DNA from: Alphaproteobacteria bacterium
GTDB taxonomy: Bacteria > Pseudomonadota > Alphaproteobacteria > UBA8317
Reading direction: 5' to 3'
NCBI GenBank assembly: GCA_038131935.1
Contig: JAYPQH010000001.1
Coordinates: 1 to 64,000 of the forward strand
DNA: 64,000 bases
The translations under genes were made by a program, and so were the position numbers. The notes under the pieces were generated by a model that saw only the letters and a program-made list of their open reading frames with translations, was not told where the DNA came from and made no database searches. Shown piece by piece: positions 1 through 11,797 of this stretch (position 1 is its first letter; the number at the start of each line of letters is the position of its first letter).

Positions 1-553
1 CTACGCATTGCTCTCCACTCCTGCATCAAAAGCCCATGACATTACTTTTGCTTTTCGCGTATCCACCGACACACGCGCGCCATGTGACAACGCATAACGG
101 GTGATATCAGCAATCCGTGCCCATTCCTCTTCGGCGGGAATGAATGGTGCACCAGGCCCGTGGATTCACCTCGATATCAATAATATCCACACCATGTGCC
201 AACATGGCATCAACAGCTTTCTGCGCGCGAGGAAAATCAATGTAACGACCACCATCGGAAAAACTATCTGGGGTCATGTTGATGATCCCCATAATATTCA
301 TCTTTTGCATGTTCATCCCTGCAAAAGATGGACGCGGTCGTGTGTAATATGAAAATCCCTCGCCAAGAAGACTACGCGCTTGTTGAACTGGGTACATATG
401 TGCAGCATCCGGACCGTGCTGCTCCATGAAACAGAATGCAACATCCGCGCGACCCCCAAGCGGTGCCGCGACTTCCTGTTGCACAGCGCATCTTGCAGCA
501 TTCCCATAGATTAGTCCGCGAGGAACCAACATTTGTTGCGGATAAGTCGTCAC
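1..553 (-). CDS. folP: Dihydropteroate synthase (partial, runs off window start; apparent frameshifts near 160-175)
   Basis: IMGIINMTPDSFSDGG motif; the IDIGGESTRPG motif is recoverable by restoring bases in ...ATCGAGGTGAATCCACGGGCCTGGT...; lies downstream of ftsH. Confidence 0.9.
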
Positions 554-598
554 CCGAGCATCCTTTTAAAATGCTTGGGGCTGTATACAACCCCAAGA

Positions 599-2509
599 TT
601 AAGTCGTTTGAGGCTCCAAACCAGAATTGTTGCTATCATCACGACGACGACCACCCGCCTTAGGAATATGAGCCACTGGGCTTACACCACCACCGTCAGG
701 ACCCGGAGCCTGTGGGGGTTCCCCACGCAAAATCCGATCAACTTCTGCACCTGACAACGTCTCATATTCAAGCAAAGCATCAGTAAGAAGATGCAGTTGA
801 TCGATATGCTCACGCAATACATTCCGTGCTTTTGTCTCAGCTTCATCAATAATGCGCCGCACTTCTTCATCAATCAATTTGGCGGTTTCTTCTGACATAT
901 TCTGTGATTTGGCTACGGAATGCCCCAAGAAAACTTCTTCTTGATTCTGGGAATAGCGCAGACGACCAAGCTTATCGCTCATACCATATTCAGTCACCAT
1001 GGCCCTGGCCATGCCTGTTGCCTGCTGAATATCATTGGATGCACCGGTGGTCACTTCATCTTCACCATAGATCAATTCTTCCGCAACACGTCCACCAAAC
1101 ATCATGGCCAAACGGGCTTCCATTTCTGATTTTTTCATCCCGTAACGGTCACGTTCTGGCAAGTTCATGGTAACACCAAGCGCACGTCCCCTTGGAATAA
1201 TTGTCACCTTGTGCAGTGGATCATTGCCCTTGACATGTATGCCAACCAGCGCGTGTCCTGCTTCATGATAAGCCGTTAGTTTTTTCTCATCTTCAGTCAT
1301 GGCCATGGAGCGGCGCTCTGCACCCATAAGGACTTTATCTTTGGCCATTTCAAAATCATTCATCGTAACAAATTTTTTGCCTGCGCGCGCAGCCATCAAG
1401 GCCCCTTCGTTGATCAGATTGGCAAGATCTGCTCCAGAAAATCCTGGGGTTCCACGCGCCAATACCTTTAACTCCACATCAGGCCCCAAAGGCACTTTCT
1501 TCGCATGAACCTTCAAAATTTGTTCGCGGCCCAACACATCTGGGTTCGGTACCACAACCTGGCGATCAAATCTGCCAGGCCGAAGCAATGCGGGGTCAAG
1601 CACGTCTGGGCGGTTGGTTGCCGCAACAAGGATAATACCTTCATTTGCTTCAAACCCATCCATTTCCACCAACAATTGGTTGAGCGTTTGCTCACGTTCA
1701 TCATTACCACCGCCGAGACCAGCACCACGATGGCGACCAACAGCATCGATTTCGTCAATGAAAATAATACAAGGGGCGTTCTTTGGCTTGTTCAAACATG
1801 TCACGGACCCGGCTTGCACCTACACCCACAAACATTTCCACAAAGTCTGAACCCGATATCGTGAAGAATGGCACATTGGCTTCACCTGCGATGGCACGTG
1901 CCAATAATGTTTTACCAGTTCCAGGGAGGGCCTACGAGCAAGGCACCTTTGGAATACGCCCCCAAAGATTGAAACTTTGGGGATCTTTCAAAACTCTACA
2001 ATTTCTTGCAGCTCTTCCTTGGCTTCATCAATACCAGCCACATCCGTAAACAAAACACGGCCTTGTTTTTCTGTGAGGAGTTTCGCCCGAGATTTTCCAA
2101 AGCCCATGGCACCGCCACGGCCACCACCACCTTGCATTTGACGCATAAAGAAAATCCACACACCAATCAAAAGCAACATCGGGAACCATGAGATGAGGAT
2201 GCTCAGTAAAGTACTCTCCTCGATGGGCACGACCTCAACTTGGACACCAGATTGTGTCAACTGATCGACATAATTTGAATTGTCTGGCGCTACTGTTGTG
2301 AAAGGTTGGCCATTTTTAAACTGGCCAGTGACCTGATTTCCTTCAACCTTTACCGCAGCAATCTGTCCACCCTTCGCGTCATTTATAAATTGCGAGTAGC
2401 TAATACGGCTGCCCGTCTGCTGGCTCATGGGCCCACTGAACATATTGAATAAAGCAATAAGCAAAAGGGCCACGACAACCCACAAAGCAAGATTACGAAG
2501 ATTGGACAA
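599..2509 (-). CDS. ftsH: ATP-dependent zinc metalloprotease FtsH (split over ORFs 1988-2509 and 599-1819 by several indels in ~1780-1995)
   Basis: Two N-terminal TM helices, [21 protein letters not shown]; Walker A GPPGTGKT and [19 protein letters not shown] readable in shifted frames; Walker B IIFIDEID; HEAGH zinc motif. Confidence 0.97.
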
Positions 2510-2573
2510 GGCAAAGCCTCCTGAAGCAAAGTATCAAGTCACATCTAGGACAATGTAACATCGAAAGTTATTT

Positions 2574-3569
2574 CTACCAATGCCATATAGGGTGCCTAAC
2601 ATGTTTGTGAAAGAGGTGAAGCAATTGGCTTTCGTCTAAAGGCAATGGACGAAGCGCCGCAGTTGGAGGTTTTCGACCTTTTTCCAAACTTATCAACAGC
2701 CCTTCAGCTGACCATTGAAAAACACAAAAACCCATGACTGAACGGTCTTGTTTCAATAGAGATTGATAAAAAACACGCATTTTTTCCCCTGTGCGGGGGT
2801 AGGTTCCTGGAACCAAGAGTGACCGTGATAGGTCTAGCAACCATGCTTGGGCCTCTACGTCTAAATTTTGCAACAGCATTCTATGAACAAAAACGGAACC
2901 ATCCCACCATCTCCAAGTCCCATCATGCCATGCATTCATAAAATGTTTTAATGTTCGGCTGCGCCAACGATGTGCAAATTGAGACAGCTTTACCAAAGGT
3001 TGGTGCCAATCTGGATGAGCTTCAAGAAATCGACGTTTTTGTATGCGCTCAAATCGACTATTGTTGTTGCTAGGGTCATCACGAAACCCTATCTGCTGTG
3101 CCAACATGCGCAAATGTAGACGGCGTTGTGCGAGAAGTGGACGGCGGATTATACAATCATTGAGCATATTTTCTGTGTGGAGACCTGCCAAACCTCGCCA
3201 TCCAACCGAACGCTCAAACCGCATCAATACAGTTTCAGCGAGATCATCTTGCTGATGAGCAATCCAAATTTCATGGCATTGATGCCTCTTGGCCGCCTCG
3301 TAGAGCAAAAAATATCGCGCATCTCGAGCGGTGGTCATTTGAGCTTTGATTGGCTGATCTGGACTGACAACCTCGCAAGACATGCCCAAATACTCAGCTT
3401 TTTCTTTTACAAATGCAGCATCCTCTCCTGCATCGGGACGCAAACCATGGTTCACACTTACCACCATGGTATCCCCCGCCAATTCTCGTCGCTGCCACAT
3501 CATGGCCATTGAATCAGCACCACCTGAAACAGCGAGCAGAACCCTTTTTGCCGTCATCACGGACTGCAA
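2574..3569 (-). CDS. tilS: tRNA(Ile)-lysidine synthetase
   Basis: PP-loop AVSGGADSM, NHGLR, ARDARY, AHQQDDLAETVLMR, DPSN; located between cpoB and ftsH. Confidence 0.93.
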   Translation of the reverse strand: MQSVMTAKRVLLAVSGGADSMAMMWQRRELAGDTMVVSVNHGLRPDAGEDAAFVKEKAEYLGMSCEVVSPDQPIKAQMTTARDARYFLLYEAAKRHQCHEIWIAHQQDDLAETVLMRFERSVGWRGLAGLHTENMLNDCIIRRPLLAQRRLHLRMLAQQIGFRDDPSNNNSRFERIQKRRFLEAHPDWHQPLVKLSQFAHRWRSRTLKHFMNAWHDGTWRWWDGSVFVHRMLLQNLDVEAQAWLLDLSRSLLVPGTYPRTGEKMRVFYQSLLKQDRSVMGFCVFQWSAEGLLISLEKGRKPPTAALRPLPLDESQLLHLFHKHVRHPIWHW

Positions 3570-4210
3570 GAGGCCTTTTCTGCCAGCCGCTCCATACGTC
3601 GCATTTGTAATTTACCCGCCATTGGATAATCGCTACGATATTGAATGACCACCGAGCAAACCTCCCGGAATTCACCAAGTACGAACAAGCTTTCTGCCAA
3701 TTCTAGAAAATATGCGGGTCCCAATGCGGTTTGAGGATAACGCTCGAGGCCTTCCAAAAAGAAACCTGCAGCACCTGCTTCATCTTTCAGTGCTCTCGCC
3801 ACCAAACCTTGAAAATACAAAATGTCAGGCATGCGTTCATGATCAGGGAACTGACCTACGAATAGGCCAAGACGCAACTGAGCCTGATCCAAACTTCCAT
3901 ATTGAATTTGTTTCAAGGTCTCTGTGTATAAAGTTTCTGGGTCTTCTAGCAGAATTTGCGCAATCAAATCTTCCTTTTGAGGCGTTTCATCTGCGGCTAC
4001 CTCTACTTCCTGATCTGTATTTTCAGGAAGGACGCCCGCATTTTCTTGCTGGAATTCTAAAGCTTCAAGTCGACCCGTTACCACAGAAAGCTGCTGCTCA
4101 AGTGCTTCAATACGCTCCAACAACTCGCGCACCAATACCTCTTGGGTATGGCCGATAGACATCATGCCCTGACATAACAGAACCACTATGCCTATCCGAC
4201 CCCAAAACAT
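3557..4210 (-). CDS. cpoB: Tol-Pal-associated periplasmic coiled-coil/TPR protein (CpoB/YbgF)
   Basis: Signal peptide, N-terminal coiled coil (LEQQLSVVTGRLEALEFQ), TPR-like C-terminus; directly downstream of pal. Confidence 0.8.
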   Translation of the reverse strand: MFWGRIGIVVLLCQGMMSIGHTQEVLVRELLERIEALEQQLSVVTGRLEALEFQQENAGVLPENTDQEVEVAADETPQKEDLIAQILLEDPETLYTETLKQIQYGSLDQAQLRLGLFVGQFPDHERMPDILYFQGLVARALKDEAGAAGFFLEGLERYPQTALGPAYFLELAESLFVLGEFREVCSVVIQYRSDYPMAGKLQMRRMERLAEKASCSP

Positions 4211-4212
4211 AC

Positions 4213-4722
4213 TTATAACCCTTCAATCACGCTAGCAGAACGGCGATTTTGTGCATAGCAACGCTCTTCTGCACATACCGAAACCGGGCGTTCTTTGCCA
4301 TAGCCTACTGTTTCGATAATGTCTGCGGCAACACCCTCAGCCACCAAGAAATCGCGAACCGAATTGGCACGACGTACACTCAAAGCTAAGTTGTACTCTC
4401 GGGTTCCACGCTCGTCTGCATGACCTTCAATAACAATTTTACTCGGATTATAGCGGCTTAACCATTGCGCTTGTGCGCGCAAGATTTGTTCCGCCTCAGC
4501 AGTAAGGTTGTACTCGTTAAGGCCAAAATAAACGGTGCCACCGACACCTTCATCAAATTCTTGCAACGAACCCGCCGTAAAGCCGCCTATTCCGCCACCA
4601 CTTACTTCAGAACCGGGAGCATTCAGTGCTTGAGGCTGTTCATCACCAGATCCGACCATGCCTGCACATGCTTGGAGCAAAATGGCCATACCGATGATGG
4701 ACAACTTGGATAGATATCTCAT
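4213..4722 (-). CDS. pal: Peptidoglycan-associated lipoprotein Pal
   Basis: Start taken at MRYLSKL (4722); lipobox LLQAC; IEGHADERGTREYNLALS, GYGKERP, QNRR. Confidence 0.95.
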   Translation of the reverse strand: MRYLSKLSIIGMAILLQACAGMVGSGDEQPQALNAPGSEVSGGGIGGFTAGSLQEFDEGVGGTVYFGLNEYNLTAEAEQILRAQAQWLSRYNPSKIVIEGHADERGTREYNLALSVRRANSVRDFLVAEGVAADIIETVGYGKERPVSVCAEERCYAQNRRSASVIEGL

Positions 4723-4778
4723 TTTTTCATCCTTCCTTTTGGTTCTCGTGATTAAGCATCCTAAATTATTCCAAGTCA

Positions 4779-6076
4779 TTAGGGAAGAAGTGGCGACCAA
4801 GCTGGATCTGATCCTTCCCCAGGTATTGGAACCTGTCGCAAATTTCGACCTGTAATATCAACACTATATAACTGCGCGCGACCATCTTCACCTGGTGCCT
4901 GTCTGTAAAACATCAACACGCGACCATTTGGAGACCAGACGGGTCCCTCGTCCAGAAAACTCGTGGAGAGTATTCTTTCGTTGCTACCATCTGGCCTCAT
5001 CACCCCAATGGAAAATCTACCGCGGATGATTTTTGTAAAAGCAATAAGGTCATCACGTGGCGACCATACAGGCGTTGCGTAATTGCCTCGCCCAAAACTA
5101 ATGCGTTTAATTTCTCCTGTGCCACGGTTGAGAACGTAAAGCTGTTGGCTACCACCACGATCAGAGTTGAACACCAAACTTTGTCCATCAGGTGATGCGG
5201 ACGCGGACGTATCGATACCAGGATGCTTGGTTAGACGGGTCTGACGTTTTGTTCTCAAATCAATTTCGTAAATATCTGTATTGCCGCGCTGGGCATAACT
5301 TAACAGCAATTTTTGCCCCGTCGCATCAAATCTTGGCGCAAACGTCATACCTTGAAACGCACCAACAGGCTCGGTTTGGCCAGTTGTCAGGTCTGCAACA
5401 TAGACCTTCAACTGCCTTCCCTCGAAGGCCATGTAAGCAACTTTTTGGTCAACGGGAGAATATCGTGGTGTCATCACTGAATCCCCACGGCTGCGCAAAA
5501 TATTATGGTTCTCCCATCCGTATCCATGATCGCAAGTCGTTTGATACGCTGACGTCTTGGCCCTGTTTCCGCCACATAAACGATTTTGGAGTCAAAATAA
5601 CCATCTTCGCCTGTGAGTTCTTTATAGATACGGTCGGAAACACGGTGACCGATACGGCGCCAGAAATCCCTTGCCACAGCCAAGCGACCTTCCTTCATCC
5701 GACGGCCATTGAATGCATTCCACACCATGTAACGGACATCTACCTGACCCGTTTGATTGGCTTCAACATTGACCTGAACGACTGCCTCTACCCCGAGAGG
5801 CTGCCAATTGGCCAAGGTTGGAGGGGTGCCGTAAGCAGGGTTTTCAAGGTAACTGTTGGGTTGCAGCACATCAATGAGCCCAGAGCTATTCAAATCATAG
5901 CGAATGAGGCTGTCTAACCCCTTTGCAAGTCCTTGGGCTGACTGAGATGATACCTCAATGAGGGCAAGTCGAATAGGTTTGACTTGTCCTTCTGTGACCC
6001 GAACACGAAGTTGGGCATGCGCCAACAAGGGCAAGCATAGCAAAAATATAAGGCATATTTTTTGATAAGTTTTCAT
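4779..6076 (-). CDS. tolB: Tol-Pal beta-propeller protein TolB (one frameshift at C-run ~5513-5515)
   Basis: Signal peptide, [17 protein letters not shown]40 repeats (PVWSP, FNSDRGG); adding one base gives [27 protein letters not shown] and joins the two ORFs. Confidence 0.95.
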
Positions 6077-6082
6077 GACGCG

Positions 6083-7081
6083 TCACATCTCTTTCTCAAA
6101 CAATATTTCAATTTCCTTCCAGTCGCGATAACTCTCTAAGGGCAAGCCCCTCAAGGGCGTACAATTTCTAACGGCCATAATCGCACTGTTACGCGCCTGG
6201 CGAGAGAATGGCTCTGATGCCGGCGGCCCTTCGACAATTGTGGGACGCCCCACCAAGGCACCACTTCGCGAAACCTGAAACTTAACCAACACCCCCAGCT
6301 CTTCAGGCCTCGGCGCGCCCTCTGGAACCCGCCAACAACGTTTGAGCTGATCTTTCACCATCTGTGCAAGTTCGCTGCCAGCTGTCGCTTGAAAACTAGC
6401 AATCTTGTCGCGGATACGATCACTGGACAAACCTTGAACGGGCAAGGAGTCAGAAGCGACATCTTCCGCATTTTCAGGGGTGGCCTCAACAGCGGCCGGT
6501 GGAGGAGGCTCAAACGGACGGGTTCGGGGTTTGGGAGCTTGAGAGGCATCTTCAGGTAGCGCAACCGCAGCCTCTGCTCGTTGTTCCTCAAGAACTGGAG
6601 GTTGTGGGGCTGGGGCTTTTGGCATGGGCAATGGAGGAGATTTGGGCACTTCTACAGGTAAAGAAGGCGCGCGTAATGTTGGTGCAGATCTGGGCAAAAC
6701 AGGCCGTTCTGGGGCAAGCGAAGGAGCTTTGGGTGCAGGTAAAGGCATAGCGGAGGGAATAGTAGCTTGGGGGAGAGATGTTGCGGGGGGGGCTGCTTCT
6801 GGACGCTGCACAGGCGCCACGGGCGCAATCTTTACGGGCTTGGGAGCTGCTTTAGGAACAGGTGAAGATAGCTTCTCAGGCGCTGTTTCAAGGGTAGCGG
6901 CAGGCATATCCGCAAACGTTGCAAGTTCTACCTCCGTAAAAAAAGCAACATCAGACCCGGCAGTCTCAAAGTTTTTTGGACGAGAAAACTCAATTTGCAA
7001 AAGCGTATATCCTGCCACATGCAAAAGCAGAGACAGGAACAAAGCCCAACGAAAAAAGATATCTGGAGGACTATTCACCAT
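6083..7081 (-). CDS. tolA: TolA (Pro/Ala-rich linker, TonB/TolA C-terminal domain)
   Basis: N-terminal TM with SLLLH motif, Pro-rich linker, C-terminal CW...C domain; between tolR and tolB. Confidence 0.85.
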   Translation of the reverse strand: MVNSPPDIFFRWALFLSLLLHVAGYTLLQIEFSRPKNFETAGSDVAFFTEVELATFADMPAATLETAPEKLSSPVPKAAPKPVKIAPVAPVQRPEAAPPATSLPQATIPSAMPLPAPKAPSLAPERPVLPRSAPTLRAPSLPVEVPKSPPLPMPKAPAPQPPVLEEQRAEAAVALPEDASQAPKPRTRPFEPPPPAAVEATPENAEDVASDSLPVQGLSSDRIRDKIASFQATAGSELAQMVKDQLKRCWRVPEGAPRPEELGVLVKFQVSRSGALVGRPTIVEGPPASEPFSRQARNSAIMAVRNCTPLRGLPLESYRDWKEIEILFEKEM

Positions 7082-7505
7082 GATCAGGACGCGTCACCAG
7101 TCCCACCCGGGCAAAACCGGCTGCGGACAACTGTCCCATGACCATCGCCACCATGCCATAGGGCACCTCGGCATCCGCGCGGACATAGATCCGGTCATTG
7201 TCTCTATTGGCCATGATGGCTTTTAGTTTTGGGACAATTTGATCTGCGGGAACTTCGGCCTTCTGAAGGAATAATTTTCCATCTTTGTTCACAGATATCA
7301 TCAAAGGAATATCTGGATCAAAGGGAAGTGGTTCTGCTTGAGTGGTTGGCAAATTAACAACAACACCAACATTCAGCATGGGAGCAGACACCATGAAGAT
7401 AATCAGCAATACCAGCATCACATCAACCAAAGGGGTAACATTAATCTCTGGCTTAGGACGTCGTCTTCGCTGTGCTTTTCGGCTAGCAGCCAGTGTTATG
7501 GACAT
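7071..7505 (-). CDS. tolR: TolR
   Basis: [20 protein letters not shown]; [10 protein letters not shown]. Confidence 0.95.
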   Translation of the reverse strand: MSITLAASRKAQRRRRPKPEINVTPLVDVMLVLLIIFMVSAPMLNVGVVVNLPTTQAEPLPFDPDIPLMISVNKDGKLFLQKAEVPADQIVPKLKAIMANRDNDRIYVRADAEVPYGMVAMVMGQLSAAGFARVGLVTRPDHGE

Positions 7506-8197
7506 TAGTCTACCCTATCCGTCTCCCGTCCCACAACGGTTTGAAAAGCCTCAGAAAACTTTTCAAGCCGGCGGAGATACTTCTCTTCCGCAACTGACAA
7601 ACGATTGTAGGCGATCACGGCTGGGATAGCCGCAAACAAACCCAAAGCTGTCGCGAACAATGCTTCTGCAATCCCTGGCGCCACAACAACCAAAGATGTT
7701 GATTGCGAGGCCGCAATGGAACGGAATGAATTCATAATTCCCCAAACAGTTCCAAACAGCCCTATGAATGGAGCCACTGACGCAACCGTTGCCAATCCTG
7801 GCAAACCCCAGCCAAGAAATTCCGTCTCTGTCTCTATCCTATAGGCCATCAAACGCCCAATGCGATCACGTATCCTTGAGCCTGTTGCACCATCTTGGTG
7901 GGCATGCTCCCACTCTTGCATACCAGAAATAAAGATATTGGCCATGGGATGGTCTTCTTTGTCTTGGACTTGAGCCAGAAGATCATCAAGTGACAGGCCA
8001 GACCAAAATTGTTCCTCGAATGCATCGGCCTTACGATGCAACAAGCTTAACTTCGTTCGCATGGAAATGATAACACCCCATGTCCAAACAGATGCCAGCA
8101 CCAAAGAAAGCATAACGAGTTGGACAACAATATCCGCACGCATGATCAACGAAATATAGGATAGATCAGCCGCTTGTGATTCCATTGTTACTCCCAA
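7505..8197 (-). CDS. tolQ: TolQ
   Basis: [40 protein letters not shown]. Confidence 0.96.
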   Translation of the reverse strand: MGVTMESQAADLSYISLIMRADIVVQLVMLSLVLASVWTWGVIISMRTKLSLLHRKADAFEEQFWSGLSLDDLLAQVQDKEDHPMANIFISGMQEWEHAHQDGATGSRIRDRIGRLMAYRIETETEFLGWGLPGLATVASVAPFIGLFGTVWGIMNSFRSIAASQSTSLVVVAPGIAEALFATALGLFAAIPAVIAYNRLSVAEEKYLRRLEKFSEAFQTVVGRETDRVD

Positions 8198-8248
8198 TCC
8201 CCCAGCTTATCCAACAAGTAAGCCAAATACTTTATATCCTCACATATT

Positions 8249-8644
8249 CTACGATTCGCACAAGAGCTGAGACCGTAAGGATTGCGGCATACGTCGCGGC
8301 CTTCTCGTTTCGGTATCTAGCCAAGCTAAATCCACCTGAGCTCTCGTCGTCACCAAGTCCTGTTTTGTTATATGCTGATGAAGGGATAATTGAGAAGCCC
8401 CGACCTTTGTAACTTCACAACCTATATGCACCAAATCATCAAGCATTATGGGTATGACAAAGTTCATGTTAAGTGTCACCACGGCAAAAAAGCCTTGATC
8501 TGCTTGACCAAATCCCAACTGCCTCATCCATTCAACTCGGGCCATTTCGAAAAGGGCAGCATATTGCCCATGATAAACGATGCCTGCAGCATCCGTATGA
8601 GACCAATAAATTCTTGTGGGGAAAAAAAATGTAGACAAATTCAT
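8249..8644 (-). CDS. ybgC: YbgC-family acyl-CoA thioesterase
   Basis: [18 protein letters not shown]...FEMARVEW hot-dog motif; ATG overlaps the ruvB stop (ATGA); precedes tolQ. Confidence 0.88.
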   Translation of the reverse strand: MNLSTFFFPTRIYWSHTDAAGIVYHGQYAALFEMARVEWMRQLGFGQADQGFFAVVTLNMNFVIPIMLDDLVHIGCEVTKVGASQLSLHQHITKQDLVTTRAQVDLAWLDTETRRPRRMPQSLRSQLLCES

Positions 8645-9660
8645 TCCCCGCGATCGAACAAACCTTGGGAGGAGGTAGGCGCTACAAGTCCTAAATGATG
8701 CCAACCATCAGCAAGCAACATGCGTCCCCTTGGGGTGCGTTGCAAAAAACCAGACAACATCAAATAGGGCTCAACGATATCTTCTAAGGCATCACGGGTT
8801 TCTGATAATGATGCTGCTAGGGTATCAAGACCCACCGGCCCTCCAGAGAAGCGCTCAGCAAGACAAGTAAGGTAGCGAATATCCATCGAATCCAATCCCC
8901 TCTTATCCACATCAAGAGCACTTAAGGCTGCATCTGCAATAGACTGGTCAATGACCCCTGTGCCCCGCACAGCCGCGAAATCCTGAACCCTCCGCAATAG
9001 CCTGCCAGCCACGCGGGGCGTTCCACGAGCACGGCGCGCAATTTCTACCGCCCCATCATGATGAATAGGAACACCCAATTTCTTGGCTTGCCGGGTAATG
9101 ATTTCCAGCAATTCATCCTCATCATAAAACTCGAGCCTCAAGGGAATGCCAAAACGATCCCGCAGGGGTGTGGTCAACAGACCCGCTCTTGTGGTGGCCC
9201 CAACCAATGTGAAGGGAGGCAAATCAATTCTTACAGAGCGGGCTGCAGGACCTTCTCCAATAATCAAATCCAACTGAAAATCCTCCATCGCAGGATAAAG
9301 AATTTCCTCAACAGCAGGGTTTAGACGGTGAATTTCGTCAATAAAAAGCACATCTCTTGGTTGTAGGTTGGTCAAAATCGCTGCCAGATCCCCAGCCTTG
9401 GCGATAACAGGGCCAGATGTTGCTCGGAAATTAACACCCAATTCTCGTGCTACAATGCTTGCAAGGGTTGTTTTACCAAGACCTGGTGGGCCATGAAAAA
9501 GAACATGGTCCATGGCTTGGTCTCTACCCTTTGCAGCTTGAACAAATACGTCCAAATTTGCACGCATACGCTTTTGCCCTACAAATTCATGCAGATTTTG
9601 CGGACGAATACTGCGGTCATCGTCACCTTGATTTTGAGGATGGAGCAGACGTTCATCCAT
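8641..9660 (-). CDS. ruvB: Holliday junction branch migration helicase RuvB
   Basis: [38 protein letters not shown]. Confidence 0.98.
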   Translation of the reverse strand: MDERLLHPQNQGDDDRSIRPQNLHEFVGQKRMRANLDVFVQAAKGRDQAMDHVLFHGPPGLGKTTLASIVARELGVNFRATSGPVIAKAGDLAAILTNLQPRDVLFIDEIHRLNPAVEEILYPAMEDFQLDLIIGEGPAARSVRIDLPPFTLVGATTRAGLLTTPLRDRFGIPLRLEFYDEDELLEIITRQAKKLGVPIHHDGAVEIARRARGTPRVAGRLLRRVQDFAAVRGTGVIDQSIADAALSALDVDKRGLDSMDIRYLTCLAERFSGGPVGLDTLAASLSETRDALEDIVEPYLMLSGFLQRTPRGRMLLADGWHHLGLVAPTSSQGLFDRGE

Positions 9661-10258
9661 GACTCAACTCCTTCAATGCCAAACGCAACAGGTCCTCAAA
9701 ACCCTCACCTGCATGGTCTTGTGATAGCTTAACCACCACCTGCCGGGATCTGGCCTCAGGAAAGCCCAAATTGATGAGCGCAGAGACAACGTCACTTTGA
9801 AACTCCGTCCTGACAACCTGCTCAGTAGCCTTTGTTTGGGTAAGGTCACCTTCGAAGATTGGTGGCAATTTGTCCTTCAACTCGCCAACAAGGCGACTGG
9901 CAAGTTTCGGACCAACCCCTGATACAGGCTTGAACATATGAACATCTGCCAACTGTACGGCACGAGCAAGGTCGCCTGGGGATAACTGATCAAGAATACC
10001 CAAGGCCAACCTGGGACCAACACCTTGGACAGAATGCAAAAGATTAAAAAGATCCTGTGTTTGCAAATTCTCAAACCCATACAAGGTCAATGCATCTTCT
10101 CGCACAATCGTTTCAACATAGAGGTCAATCGAAGCATCCATATTATATTTGGCCAGTACTTGCTGCCCTACATGTACAAGATAGCCCACACCGCGAACAT
10201 CAAGAACAAGTGCTTGAGATTTCTTTAACTTCACCACACCTGTCAGCCAAGCAATCAC
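9653..10258 (-). CDS. ruvA: Holliday junction binding protein RuvA
   Basis: GTG start overlapping the ruvC stop; [32 protein letters not shown]. Confidence 0.96.
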   Translation of the reverse strand: MIAWLTGVVKLKKSQALVLDVRGVGYLVHVGQQVLAKYNMDASIDLYVETIVREDALTLYGFENLQTQDLFNLLHSVQGVGPRLALGILDQLSPGDLARAVQLADVHMFKPVSGVGPKLASRLVGELKDKLPPIFEGDLTQTKATEQVVRTEFQSDVVSALINLGFPEARSRQVVVKLSQDHAGEGFEDLLRLALKELSHG

Positions 10259-10767
10259 AGAACTTCCCCCTGAGCCAATGGGTTGCGGGCCTGTGGTTGA
10301 TGATGGGCATGACATAAAGCAATTGCGAGTGCATCAGCTTCATCTGGGCTCCGGAATTCAGCCCCTGGTAGCAATAAACGTATCATGTGCTGCACCTGAA
10401 TTTTGTCGGCATGCCCAACCCCCACAACAGATTTTTTAACCTTGTTGGGGGCATATTCGAAAACAGGCAAGCCACAAATTCTTGGTGCAATGAGGGCCAT
10501 GGCACGTGCATGACCGAGTTTCAAAGAAGCAACAGCATCACGACTTACAAATGTTTGTTCTACAGCTACCTCGTCTGGCTTATGCGCTGTCAACACAACC
10601 TTTAAGGCTTCAAAAATAAAGAGCAAACGATCAGCAAGATCTTGGCCAGCTTCGCTGGTAATTCGACCGCAAGCCTGAAACGAGGTATGGTTCCCGCGCA
10701 AAGAAATCACACCCCAGCCACAATGCTGCAGACCAGGATCGATACCCATCACGACGCGCGTATGCAT
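10255..10767 (-). CDS. ruvC: Crossover junction endodeoxyribonuclease RuvC
   Basis: GIDPGL, KLGHAR, EYAPNKVKKSVVG, DEADALAIALCH. Confidence 0.97.
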   Translation of the reverse strand: MHTRVVMGIDPGLQHCGWGVISLRGNHTSFQACGRITSEAGQDLADRLLFIFEALKVVLTAHKPDEVAVEQTFVSRDAVASLKLGHARAMALIAPRICGLPVFEYAPNKVKKSVVGVGHADKIQVQHMIRLLLPGAEFRSPDEADALAIALCHAHHQPQARNPLAQGEVL

Positions 10768-11514
10768 TTAAGACTCAAGCTTTGCCAAAACCTCTTCGTC
10801 GATATCAAAATTTGCAAAGACGTTCTGCACATCATCATCATCCTCTAACACCGCCACCAATTTCAGCAGTGTTGATGCTTTTTCTTCATCAACAGGTGTG
10901 AGATTTTGAGGCCTCCACACAATAGCTGTATTTTCTGCTGGTCCGAGTGATTCTTCCAGCGCACGGCTAACATCCGACAAATCCTCGAACGCACAGGTTA
11001 CCATGTGCCCCTCTTCATCACTTACAACATCTTCTGCACCTGCCTCAATGCCATGTTCAAGCATAGCGTCAGCATCTCTAATGTCAGCCGCATAACGAAT
11101 TTCACCAACACGATCGAACATAAAAGATACCGATCCAGTCTCACCCAATGCACCACCATATTTTGTAAATGACGAGCGCACCACGGATGCTGTTCTGTTG
11201 CGATTGTCAGTCAAAGCTTCCACAATCATCGCAACCCCACCAGGTCCGTACCCCTCATAACGAATTTCTTCAAAATTTTCCGTATCGCCACCTTCACCCT
11301 TTTTGATAGCACGCTCAACATTATCTTTGGGCATATTCTCACCGCGGGCATTTTGCATTGCCAGGCGCAACCTTGGATTGGCATTGGGGTCTGATCCCCC
11401 CATCTTAACTGCCACCGCAATTTCTTTAGCAAGTTTTGAAAACACCTTGGCACGCTTTTTATCCTGCGCACCCTTCCGATACATAATATTTTTAAATTGA
11501 CTATGTCCTGCCAC
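10768..11514 (-). CDS. yebC: YebC/PmpR family protein
   Basis: [36 protein letters not shown]. Confidence 0.96.
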   Translation of the reverse strand: MAGHSQFKNIMYRKGAQDKKRAKVFSKLAKEIAVAVKMGGSDPNANPRLRLAMQNARGENMPKDNVERAIKKGEGGDTENFEEIRYEGYGPGGVAMIVEALTDNRNRTASVVRSSFTKYGGALGETGSVSFMFDRVGEIRYAADIRDADAMLEHGIEAGAEDVVSDEEGHMVTCAFEDLSDVSRALEESLGPAENTAIVWRPQNLTPVDEEKASTLLKLVAVLEDDDDVQNVFANFDIDEEVLAKLES

Positions 11515-11797
11515 AACTAACCTCTACACAACGTGATAACTGCGCGTCATATGCCTGATAGATATTTATCCATTCCAGACAGATCTTCATCACTACAGCC
11601 TTAAACATCCTAAACCGTTTCGCACAAGCACCCACCAAATAATTCTGCTCATACCACATAAAGAGTAATTTCGACTGAGGGCTAGAACGCTACAGCAGAA
11701 GAGGTGACCTATCTATATGCTGATGCATTTACATCACGGGTAATATGATGAGCTTAAATATCCATAAGTAACATGCCCGAAGAGCTTGCTGGAAGCT

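Noticed and set aside
599-2509. ftsH (and tolB, tkt, qor, livH) as split genes or programmed frameshifts
   Set aside because: Breaks fall mostly in short homopolymers, several per gene in places, with no consistent slippery-site or stimulator pattern; sequencing error is simpler.
2520-2575. Possible RpoH promoter for ftsH (CCTAGAT on the minus strand)
   Set aside because: The -10-like element is present, but there is no CTTG -35 at a suitable spacing.
6355-7226. 200-aa Gly/Ala-rich plus-strand ORF and other ORFs over tolA
   Set aside because: Antisense shadow of the Pro/Ala-rich TolA linker.
11515-11797. 283-bp gap between the ymdB-like gene and yebC as an sRNA or leader
   Set aside because: No convincing stem-loop, terminator or RBS-supported ORF found; probably a promoter region.
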